Positions 41,728 to 52,170 of a stretch of DNA of 52,170 nt are shown one piece after another (within the stretch, counting starts at the first letter, position 1; each line of letters starts with the position of its first letter). The notes under the pieces are model-generated. The model was given only the letters and a program-made list of their open reading frames with translations. It ran no database searches and was not told the origin of the DNA. The translations under genes and the position numbers were made by a program. The stretch covers positions 89,769-141,938 of the forward strand of contig JBNGIO010006164.1 in NCBI GenBank assembly GCA_049999805.1. The letters run 5' to 3'. This stretch comes from Folioceros fuciformis (lineage: Eukaryota).

Positions 41728-42817
41728 GATGCCATCGCGTGTCTAAGATCACGTGTCGTGGGCCTTAATTTTGTAGAATTATTTTATTCCAAGGTAGAGG
41801 GCTGGAGTCCTCTTGCGATTGTTAGTTTGCGTTTTCTCTGTGCTCATCCATGTCCTCTATTCTCTGAGGGGAAGGTTTGGTAGGGATTGATCCATTCGCT
41901 CATGTGGAGTGTCGTGTCAGTTTCTCGATTTGGGTCATCTGGTGCCTCTCACGGGATGGGTAAGACGGAGGTGTTTAGTCCCAGAGTTTGGTGTGGTCGC
42001 TGAGCTGTGGAATGTCTTGGCCCCCTTTCACGTAGAGCACCTGGCTCGCTCATCGCAGCAGTCTCTGTGGAAATTGTGATACTGGATCACCGTAAGTGGC
42101 ATTTGTGCCAGAAATCTTGATGGAGCCTCAGGTATCGCGGGGTGTGTTGTTGAATAGAGCTGCATGCTAGCAGTTGCTTCATTGAGTTCATTCTACGTGG
42201 ATTGTCACTGCCCACAGTTTTCCCTGGCCTAAAGCCTGGAGCTTGTTGTAGAAAGATCTCGAGACTTGCATGATAAAAGAGCTTGCTGCGTATCGCGCCT
42301 TTTCGAACCGAAAACTGTGGGTGACTACAGTGAGTCGGTGAATACATCGAGTTGGAGACACGGAAAGCAGAACCCGACCCAAACTCACTTACGCTTCATA
42401 CATGACGACACTCGAGTACTGGAGGTTATACTTGCTTGCTCGATAAGCAACTTTACAGATGGAGTTGTCCATCCCTTACTAAACTTTGGAGAAATAAATA
42501 AATCGTGAATATGGTCCGCGAGCGACGAACACATCTTTGAAGTTTATGCAGTTCTCAAGTTTATGTAGTTCTAATCAAATTGTGATGGGGTGGCAGGTTG
42601 TTAGATGGGCCTAATATTAAAATATTATTTAAGTTATTTAATAACAAATAAATCCTCGAGGAAAATACTGGTACGAAGAAACCCTAGGCGCGGACCTGGA
42701 CCAAAACGTCGTGCTTGCTGCAAACCCTATTCGTCTCTTAAAGCTAGGCTAGGTTAGGCTAGGTACGCAGTGTGATGCTAGTGTCAAAGCTGTACGGCCG
42801 CGGCCGAGAGGAGCCCC

Positions 42818-42917
42818 NNNNNNNNNNNNNNNNNNNNNNNNNNNNNNNNNNNNNNNNNNNNNNNNNNNNNNNNNNNNNNNNNNNNNNNNNNNNNNNNNNN
42901 NNNNNNNNNNNNNNNNN
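42818..42917. other. Assembly gap (100 N)
   Basis: Run of N. Confidence 0.99.
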
Positions 42918-43205
42918 GCGAGAAAGCTCCGTACCAGCTCAGGTAATTACCAAAACTTCATGACCCAAATCATGTATTTTTCCTCACATATTTTGATTTT
43001 TATGGACGATGTTCTGGAGTGCACATGTACAAGTAAATCCTGTTCAAAAATTCCTTCCACATCCCTCGACATCGTACGCGTCTAGCCCTCGTTGAGGTCT
43101 CGAAAGCAGCCAGCCAACCACAACTGCGGGAGGCGTGATTCCAAAGAATCCCACCTGTCCCTTACTGGTAGAGCCCCAGATGCCCTTCCTCACCCTCTTC
43201 CCGTG

Positions 43206-46200
43206 TCAAGGTCTCTCCCTGTCCCTATCCCCATGACGATTCCAGTCCCGGTCCCGATCCCGATCCCGATCCCTGTGACCTCCAGATTTGTGAAACCGAT
43301 TCCCGGATACCTGATCTCCATGCCTCCTGTCTCCGTGCCTGTACACTTCATCTTCTCTCTCCCTTCTCCTTTTCCTATCCCTGTCCTTGCCCACGAATTT
43401 GTGACCCCGTCTGAAGTCCCGGTCTCGATCCCTGTTTTGATGCTCGCCATCGTGACTTCTGTCACCTACGCGATCTCTTTCCTGTTCTCTATCCTTTCCC
43501 CAGTGCCGATCTGGCTCTTTAGTAGTTTCAGTTGATTCTATACCAGAGCGTCCTCGTGACCTGAACATATGTAAGTACACAACACACAGTCTGTCTTAGA
43601 CAGCACACCAATACAGAACTGCAGACTCGATGGCACAAGTCCTATTAGCAGAGAGTGTATCGCTCGAAGCACATAGACACGAGTTAGGATCCAGACACTT
43701 ACTTCTCGTCCTCTCCATCCCGATCTTTCAACTGATTGATCCTCTCGTCCTATATAAGTCAAGCCAAAGGCAACCGAAGAAACCGGTGTTAGCCAACATA
43801 CCAACTGTGTCCGCATGCAACCCAACGCAGTGCTTGTTCTACCACACTGACAGAGAAAAGGCCACAGCCGGAACAACAACTTACCCTCAGATCCATAAGC
43901 TTCTCGCGTATTTGCATGTACCCAAGATGAAGTTTTCCGCCAAAATGATCAGCCAGCCGGCGATCACTGTTGAAAATGCCATCATGGTTCCTTTATCTTA
44001 GTATCACGGACTAGTCGTGAGCATTTTGACAATGCAATGCATTCTCAGACAGAGATTAGACACACCCCACGAAGTGCAGCTGGAAACAAAATTCCTTCGA
44101 CACACTACTGTATCACAATGCCAGACAGAAGACACTATTTGCGCTTCGACTTGCCGCAATACTAGCGAAAAGCTGATCCTGAAATGAGTGGCACAATACT
44201 GAATCAAACTTGGAGAAGCAAAATACATACAGTCAACAAGTGTGGAATGCCATCTCCAAGACCCAAGACTTTCCTTCTGCCAAACACCAACATTGGCAAT
44301 TAAGGGGTGCAGCCACCAACCAAGTGAGTGAAGACTCTACAGGTGTAACTACATACCTATCGTATATGCTCAGAAATGCTCCACAGATGTCACAGACACG
44401 AAGCTTCTGATCAGCCTGCACCTTCAGTTCCCAAAGAAGTCAAGAATCTAGCCAAGTCTTCAATCACATCTCCGTACTGTGAATGGAAGCAACCAACTTC
44501 TCATCTTCCTCTGCAGCAAACAGACATATGACCACATGGTGACATACCACACGAACATCCTGCGCAGCCGTCTTCAAGGGATCTGTTCCTTGTTCAAGTC
44601 TCGAACCAAGCTGTAGGCAATTGCACCCCACAGTCTTAATAACTCTACACCATTAAGAACCGGGGAAGACAACTAACCCCAACACATCACACTCCTCGCA
44701 AAGAATACCTTTCTGAGAGCTTCAGCCTCCTCCATAGCCTTCTGTGCCTCATCCACTCGTCCTTGCTCACCTGAGGTCAATGACACACATATTCCAACAA
44801 CCATCAAGATACACTGAGACGGACAACTATGCAGGAAAAGGTGCGTGACCATGGTCCCAAACACATCCTTGCAAGCAGAGAAAGCGTCGTAGACGACATA
44901 CCAAGCTCCTCAGCAATTTTAAGCTTCTGCCTGATTAGCTCCTGTGTTCTAGGGTCGGGTGCCAAAGTCCCCGGCGTTGGCAATGGCGCTAGAGGAGGTG
45001 GATTGGGCAGTGGTTGAGGGGCCATAGCCCTGTCTTTGTTAAAGGCCTCCAGCAGGGACATAGCCTGCACCACAGCCAACTTAGCAAAACAGCAAAACAC
45101 TGGAGGTGTCGCATCAAAGGTTACACATACGACTGCATACACACCTGCCGATCAGCGCGCTTGGCTCTAAGTTCCTCAACGGTCTCCAGTATCCTAATTT
45201 TCTCATCTGTCTTACCTTCGAGGTCTGCAAGTCAAATCATCCCGTAAGTGCAACCAGCCTAAACCTGAATCACAGCTGTGACTCCTGGCAAATCGAAGTA
45301 ACCTACAATGACCATAATATGAAAAAAAAACGTTATTCACCGTCAAATGCCTACCAAGATATTCAGCTTCTTTCAGCTTCTCCTTGATCTGCCTTGTATA
45401 CTCACTGGCTTCGGTTGACTGGTAATTTCATAAAAGTCAGTTCTATCCAAGCACGACCACTATTCTCACAATGACTCAAAATACAAAACTTGTTACTGCA
45501 CTGAGGATGTTCATAACTGCAAAAAGAGATGCCAGCAGACACCTTCGTCACTTCTGATACAGCAATGGCCGTCGCCGCTCCAACATCATCATCCTCAAGA
45601 CGCTTGAGAGCTCTTGCAATTTTCCTGTCGCATTCCACAACATGCTTCTCCAAGCAGTCCTCGAGCTCTCTATCGTAACAATCCTTTCCTTTTGCTTTTG
45701 CTTCCTCATACCTGAGACGTGTTAAGGCAAGCCACGACATACGCAGCTCGATTCCCGACCTGACGACAAAGACCAGCAAAAGGCAGGCTACCCAAGAAGG
45801 ATACTCTTTCCTAAGTTGCAGCGAGTGAAACTTGGAGCAGGGACCTAAATCCATCTTCTGCAGCACACAAAATGAAGCATGAGAACGCTGAGCATATCAA
45901 GACCCCGATTATCCCAATTTTCCAGAACGCAGAAGCAGGCAACAGCTGCAGCTCCGGACAAATCGATTTCTATGCGGGCAGGAAGCACCGAAAAGGAGGG
46001 CGAAATTCCAGAAAAAAAGACGAAACTCGGTAAGACCTAGCACAACACTACTAGAGCCTCCATCACGTACGTCTACCAACAATCCACAAGCTAAAGCGAT
46101 GTAGTGAGCAAATCCACTTCACAGAATGCGGTAGAGAGGTTGATGAAAGTAAGGCATCATGTTCAGGAGTAGGTGACGCACCGTGAGCTGAAAGAGGTCA

Positions 46201-46328
46201 TGCGGACAAAGGCCGGTGAGGTAGAGGCGACAGACATCCCGGTCGTAGTATTTCCGCTTCACCTCTCGCACGTCCCCGTTCCGATTTGCTCCCATTAACG
46301 CATCCAGCTGCTTCCTAAACGCATCCAT
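43206..46328 (-). CDS. LUC7: LUC7 U1 snRNP zinc-finger protein with RD/RE-rich tail, about 12 coding exons
   Basis: MDAFRKQLDALMGANRNGD; ZnF1 CRLYLTGLCPHDLFQLTKMDLGPCSKFH; ZnF2 DQKLRVCDICGAFLSIYDSDRRLADHFGGKLHLGY; RDRDRD tail. Confidence 0.93.
45712..45804 (-). other. U12-type (minor spliceosome) GT-AG intron in LUC7
   Basis: 5' site GTATCCTT at 45804-45797. Branch-site TTGCCTTAAC ends 9 nt before the end of the intron (CAG). Splicing restores LRKE|YEEAKAKG. Confidence 0.85.
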
Positions 46329-46665
46329 GGCGCACAATGGAAGACGGCTCGCCAAAAACCTCCCACGGCCCGGCCACTGCCAAACCCAAGTGCTGAGCCG
46401 GTCAGCACCCGAGGAATTTTTATCGTGTGCGTAAGTACCCTTTTTCTGTTTTTTTGTTTTTTCGGTTTTCTCTTGACTTGTTTTAAGTATTTAGGTAGCT
46501 GGTTCTTGTAGTTGACGGCCGCACACAATGGTTATACTGTGCTACACAAGCTTTTGCACACGGATCAGAGGTTAAAGTTTTATGGTTGAAATTAATTGAA
46601 TTTATGTAATGTAGGATGGGGGGCCTCCTTATTATGTATATGTCATGAGAGAACATAGGTACCAT

Positions 46666-46777
46666 GGGAAGATGTAAAGGCCATATTCATGTAAGAAGTA
46701 CCCAAGAAATATATATATTGAGGGAAGATGTAAAGCCATATGTATTCTTGTAGAAGCACCCAAGAAATATATATATT
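46666..46777. repeat. Imperfect direct duplication, 2 x ~55 bp (GGGAAGATGTAAAG...CCCAAGAAATATATATATT)
   Basis: Directly visible. Confidence 0.75.
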
Positions 46778-48176
46778 AACAATGACGCAACATAGGTCAT
46801 AGGCAGACTTAAAAAAAAAGTTCTTATTGTATACTTATTGTTATCACAAAGATTACCACATCCGTAAGCAACCTCTTAATTAGTTACCTCAACCTTGTTT
46901 AGATTATTGTAGTTGTGATTTTGGTATGAACTCTTGGTTTTGTTGCTTTCTTTCCCATTTGTAAACGTTGTTTTGCTTCTTTGTAGTTCATTGCTGCTGC
47001 GGTCTAAAGATGAGAAAGCACGTTAAACATTTCGCAAATTGGCTTTTTTTCTCCAAAAAAAATATTGAGATTAATATTGTCGTCCTCTTACAATACTAAG
47101 GGGACCCCCTGCCTACATATTTACATAGCATGAGCACAGGATCGGGAGAAAAATCGACCTCGTGCCCAGCCCTCTGAACAGGCAGGCGAGGAGAAGGCTC
47201 CCCACCACCATGATAAATCCCCCCCCCCCCAGGGCCATGGGGCTCACCTTCCCCAAGGGCACAAATTGGCTTCCCTACAGGCAAAGTTGAACCCTTTGGT
47301 TCAATCACCAGTAAGTATGCATGTCATGAGAAAGACACACATTCTCGAGTGCTTATTACCTCATTCAATGTTTTAGAGTGCTTGATAGGTGAACAAATAC
47401 ATGCTATCAGGGGAAAGTAGCTCTCATTAGTATGCTGCTTGTGGATGTCTTGCTAGGGTAGTATGTACCTTACTATTGATGTTTAGCACAACCAAGCCTC
47501 CCTACCTTGAAGGTGCATCAAAAGGGGACTTAAGGAGATTGCAACATGTTTTGGCAAACTTCTTATGGTCCAACAAATTGAATCTTACTAGGTGATTTGA
47601 CATCGTAGAATTCAACCAAGGCAAACGAGAGGAGGAGGGGGCAAGGTAGGTGAGGACATGGGAAAGTTAGAGTTGGTGGATCCAGTAAGCACGATGAATG
47701 TTGTGCTAAACAGCATCAGTCATAAGCGCAAGGACTTACCACGTACACTAACCATATGGTTACACGCTAATATGCTAGTTAGGCCATAATATGCTAGTTA
47801 GGCCGCTGGTTGGAGCATAGGCAAGATTGTCTTGTCTAAGAATAAGGAAAACGAGCTAACTCCTTATCCAAATGAAAACCAACACAACACCTTGTGAGGA
47901 AACGCCCTAGCATTCTATCACGCACATCAATCAGTTCTAAACAAAGAAAACGTCACAGTGAGCTCAGCTCGCAACCTTTCACTGAAGTATATTCCATACG
48001 AAAGATGTATAGTATGATTTACAAATATATGCAAACACAATCTCCATCCTAGAAAGGCAAAGGAGCAAGCACACCTATTCAACACTACCTACTTTTAAAA
48101 AGTAATATTTGAGTCCAAAATAAAATATAATAAGCATAGATAGTATCAAGGATGCTCAAAATAAAGCAGCTGCAAA

Positions 48177-48479
48177 CAATAGGTCTTAAGGAAAGATTGC
48201 TCCTATGTCATCTCCTATGACATNNNNNNNNNNNNNNNNNNNNNNNNNNNNNNNNNNNNNNNNNNNNNNNNNNNNNNNNNNNNNNNNNNNNNNNNNNNNN
48301 NNNNNNNNNNNNNNNNNNNNNNNCAATAGGTCTTAAGGAAAGATTGCTCCTATGTCATCTCCTATGACATTCTTTGTCTTGTTAGCAAAGGAATAAAAGC
48401 CATTACAAACAATAGGTCTTGAGAAAAGGTTGCTCCTACCTTATCTACTTTGACATTCTTTGTTTTGTTAGCAAAGGAA
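48177..48479. repeat. ~86-bp tandem repeat flanking the 100-N gap at 48224-48323
   Basis: 48177-48223 is identical to 48324-48370; a diverged copy starts at 48410. Confidence 0.8.
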
Positions 48480-48703
48480 GGTTATATAAGTTCATAGTAA
48501 GTTAGCAAGGGAAAGCTTATTTCATAACATCCATCTTAGTGTGAGAAAAAGTTGTTTAGTCCTAAATTATATTATTGTAGCCCTCCTAGTGGAATGCGTA
48601 AGTTGATCTTCTTTTTGAAATAAAATTTAAATTTAATTATTTTTAATATAAAAATAAAATAATAATAATAACTGTATATAAAAACGAGTGTGAAAGAAAA
48701 AAC

Positions 48704-48947
48704 AACACCCAATAATGTACCAAGGTGTACAATATATAAAAGCAGCCTTACAGCTAGGCTAGCTACAGTTAGCTACCGCAGCCTTCCAGCCTTACAGCTA
48801 GGCTAGCTACAGTTCGCTAGTGCAGCACTTAGTGGTACATTATTGCGTGTCAAAATTATTGTTAATATATTATTGGACTTAAAAAACCATTACTCGTACA
48901 TCATTGGGTGTTAAAAAATATTATAGCAGCAGCCAATAATGTATCAA
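48704..48947. repeat. AT-rich foldback/MITE-like segment with a 17-bp motif in both orientations and an internal ~33-bp direct repeat
   Basis: AACACCCAATAATGTAC (48704-48720) pairs with GTACATCATTGGGTGTT (48896-48912, one mismatch). Further copies at 48835-48850 and about 48933. CAGCCTTACAGCTAGGCTAGCTACAGTT occurs twice. Confidence 0.6.
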
Positions 48948-49504
48948 CTGCAAGGACGGTACGGTAAAGTGTACATTTTTTGCGTTTTGTTACCTTTTCG
49001 TCTACAAACGCGTCCATGTTGGGCTTTCTACTGAGAGGACACGGACGAACCATGACAATGGGACCGACTGGGTAGATAAAGCGGGCATGCTACAGCGAAA
49101 TCATACTTTCTCGTGAACCCCTCTGAAAAGTATTGAATTTCCAGCGAAATGGACTGCAACGAAACACGAGATCTTGCAATTATGAATGAATTCTTTCACA
49201 AGCCATGACGAAAAACGCCCAGCTTCCCGTGGTGACGTCTACCTATCTGGATGCACGCCAGATACAAATTGGTACCTGAAGAATGACAAAGACGGCAAGA
49301 ATTTCTCTGCTATATACCGCAACACAGAACACAAGGCCAACGTGTTCCCTGGCAAGCTTCAACTATGCAAGCTAGTGTACATTGCCTCAGCCTAGGTCTA
49401 CACCCAAAACTTTGAAACTCGTGACTCTTCACCCGTGTCTCACCAACCCCGAGCCCGTCTCGAGCCACGGACTTCAAACTCAGAAGCCATCAATCAGGTG
49501 ATGC

Positions 49505-51220
49505 TCAAACGTCAGCTGTCAGCAATGATCCTGTCAGAGTAATCTGCGACAAAAGATCCCCAAGACTCGACATTAGCACCTGCATCGTATGGCCAGGAGC
49601 CCGTCGTACAAGCTCCCCAACCGGGGATCGCACAAGCTCAGACAAACATAACGTGTACCTTCTCCCCTAGCTGGAAAGGGGGCAATCCCTTGTAAGGGCA
49701 ACTCCTGCAACGGAAAGCATCTCCAAGACCACACTGGACATAGCAAAACCACGGTGAGATACGTGCCAGCAGCAAGTGTGATTGCATCAAACGATTGGAT
49801 GAAAGCTCCGTTACTCACACTTCCACAGGCCGATTTCGGGTTATTCAGTTGGGCAGTTGAGAGTTTTCCGCTTTCCTCTGCCTCTTCAAGCTCAGCTCGG
49901 CCACAAGTGCAATTCTTGCAAGCTTTCTTCCCAGCCTTACCAACCTCGCAGTCATCAGATGCTGCACAGTCCGAAGTTACCCGAGTGTAAGGCATTTCCA
50001 AGTCCACGAGCAACACATGGATCCAGCACAGCATAAGATCACCTACATACATGGTACCACAGGAGGCTTCCGGTCTTCCTCTGTTAACAGCTCGTCCTCG
50101 TCCACCAACTCTTCGTCAACATCTTTGTCAGCCACCTTCCACAACGATGACCCGTTCGGTGTTGGAGGCTTGAACTCAAAGTTCAACTCATTCATCTCCT
50201 CGGAAGCCAACCTTACAGCTGCTCCGTTACTTTTCACGGCTGTGACAAGGATCCAGATGACACATTCAACACATGCCCTCACATCCAAATTGCACTAAAT
50301 GCCCGATTAAGTACTCACTACACACCTACCCTTCTTTGCACTCGTCTTCTTCAACCCAAAGGACTCCCCTGTTGTCCATCTAGGCTTATTTACTCTCACC
50401 TGAGACAGGTCAAAGAAACGTAGCGGTTAGAAAACCAAATACAGCTGCAAAGATGGACTCGTAACACATACCAATGATCGATTCATGTCACGTTGCGATT
50501 CATATGCTTCAGCTGCAGCATCTCCCAACCACTAAATCTACATCTAGAATGCTGCACAGTGAGGGTGGACAGGTGAACCAGGAGGCTTACGGCAACTTGT
50601 TCGAACAGATCCGATGAAATCGCAGAAACAGCGGCAGCAAGTCCCACTCCCTCAATGGGCTTATCAACCCTGGCCTCCACAAACCCGGCAAGCAGCAGAT
50701 TCCGCTCCAAGCCAGCTTGAGTCTGCACTGAAAGTCCAAGTGACTGCAGTACCCCAACTGGTCAGTACCTCATCTCGTTGCACAGCAACAGCCAAACATT
50801 AAAGCAGCAGAACTCACATCCGCTTCCTCCTTCGATACAGCTCTTTTTGCCAGGGGCTCCTGAAGAACAAGAGTGCCACCTGGCCTCATAACCTTGACGA
50901 TTTCATTGAGCCTTGCTGCCGAATGGTAGCCAGGAGTCTCAGCCAGAGAGACAAACACATCCACCGACCCCGCCGCCACTTTCAACTCCACTCCTGCGCA
51001 CCAGACCCACACTCAGCACCAACGCCATGCAAACAAGACAGACGAAGAGGCCAAACTCCACAATCACGCCTTGCAGAATCTCACCGCTTGCTTGAGTGAT
51101 CACAGCCACGTCCTTGCCGGGTCCCAAGTTATCTTGAAAAGCTCCCACGGCCCACAGCACAACCCTTGCCGGAAGAGCGGCAACGTCAGTGACAAGAAGC
51201 ACAGCCGCGTCGATGGCCAT
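49505..51220 (-). CDS. DRE2: Anamorsin/DRE2 (CIAPIN1) cytosolic Fe-S assembly protein, multi-exon
   Basis: N-terminal methyltransferase-like region ([27 protein letters not shown]), acidic linker [13 protein letters not shown], Fe-S motifs [20 protein letters not shown] and [26 protein letters not shown], ending LLTADV*. A 5' UTR intron probably extends to about 52017. Confidence 0.93.
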
Positions 51221-52170
51221 ATCTGCAACCCGTTCTTAAACCTTACAGCTGCCAGAAGGAAAACAGCAGACAGAGGAATCCCGTCAGGATCGAATTCCGG
51301 CCCAGCAGGGCGGGCAGCACACACTGGCTCTCAGGCTTGATAGAACTGTCGGAGCAGCGAGGGAGGCCTGGTATCTATACAGCCATCACAAAGGCCGCTG
51401 CCTCACAGGCAAAGGATGTATGGACAGGTACAAAACAGAAAGAGGGCCGGCTCTGCTCAAGGGACAGAGTCACACACAAGGGAGATGCATACGGCAAATT
51501 AATACTTCCCAGGACAGGACAGGGCAAGGCGAGGCCGAGTACTATGCCGAACAGGGATTCAGTACCTCCTAAAACCTAGACAAGAATACCGCAACAAGGT
51601 GTAGCGTGCAGCATGATCCCTGCTGGAGCTGGAATAGTAACACACGGAGCCGCGCTGCCGAAAACAGTGATGAATTGCAGTACTGCCAAATCATGGGATA
51701 CAGAGCGAGCAACTTACACGTTGAACGGAAGGCGGGAGCAGCAGAAGTGGCGAGGAGGAGCGGCAGGGGCAGCAGTGCGTAAGCAGACAACAACACGAAC
51801 GCAGGGAGCCTGTGTGGGTGATATATAGTAGGTGGTAGTGGAGCAGATTGGGTTGGGTCGTCAAGCAGACTGATTGGCTGTGCCGGGCCTGCTGCTGCAA
51901 CAGCGGCAGCAGTGAAGTCGGACAGGAAAGGAATTCGGGTCGACGGTCTCGGTTTGCTCCAGTCTGCCAGGCCAGGCTACCAGGCAACCAGGCGGCCTGA
52001 ACAGCGGGCACACTCACATTAACAATGACGTGAGAGGGAATGTTCTAACCGCTTTGTCCCCGGCGCAACCTGGCGACCGGTCGCCCGCACCCCACGCCTA
52101 CTCCAGGGCGCGGCCACGCGCCTCCGACCGCTCCCTGCGTGTTGGCCTCGCCAGCAGCATGCGGTTCGAG

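Noticed and set aside
44611-44708. Second LUC7 intron starting GTATTCTTT as a possible U12 intron
   Set aside because: Mismatch in the core 5' consensus and no CCTTAAC branch site near the 3' end.

Overview
Gene-dense eukaryotic nuclear scaffold from an early-diverging land plant. A hornwort such as Anthoceros is most likely; this is inferred from short introns (many about 90-110 nt), tight gene spacing and GRP/DRH-type DYW:KP PPR genes. There are four 100-N scaffold gaps. Housekeeping genes: a partial fibrillin-like plastid protein, eIF4A, a PMT-type methyltransferase, SNU13, SYP3 syntaxin, an EREX-like PX protein, USE1, RPL31, LUC7, DRE2 and tRNA-Leu(CAA). Among them lie five intronless PLS-class PPR loci: four intact, with a variant DYW:KP deaminase domain of the type linked to U-to-C organellar RNA editing, and one pseudogene. 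The strongest observation is that all five PPR loci carry an N-terminal ~50-aa module (LWxxFFxxPxxWWDNRxxKxxxxxPDFxxKxxxxxLWLxxxxKPxWV) that I recognise as the PDF ssDNA-binding motif of plant OSB proteins, making them OSB-PDF/PPR/DYW:KP fusions. Other notable items are a U12-type intron in the U1 snRNP gene LUC7, tandem tRNA T-arm repeats behind tRNA-Leu, and PPR retargeting by repeat duplication. No database searches were run; family assignments come from motif recognition.
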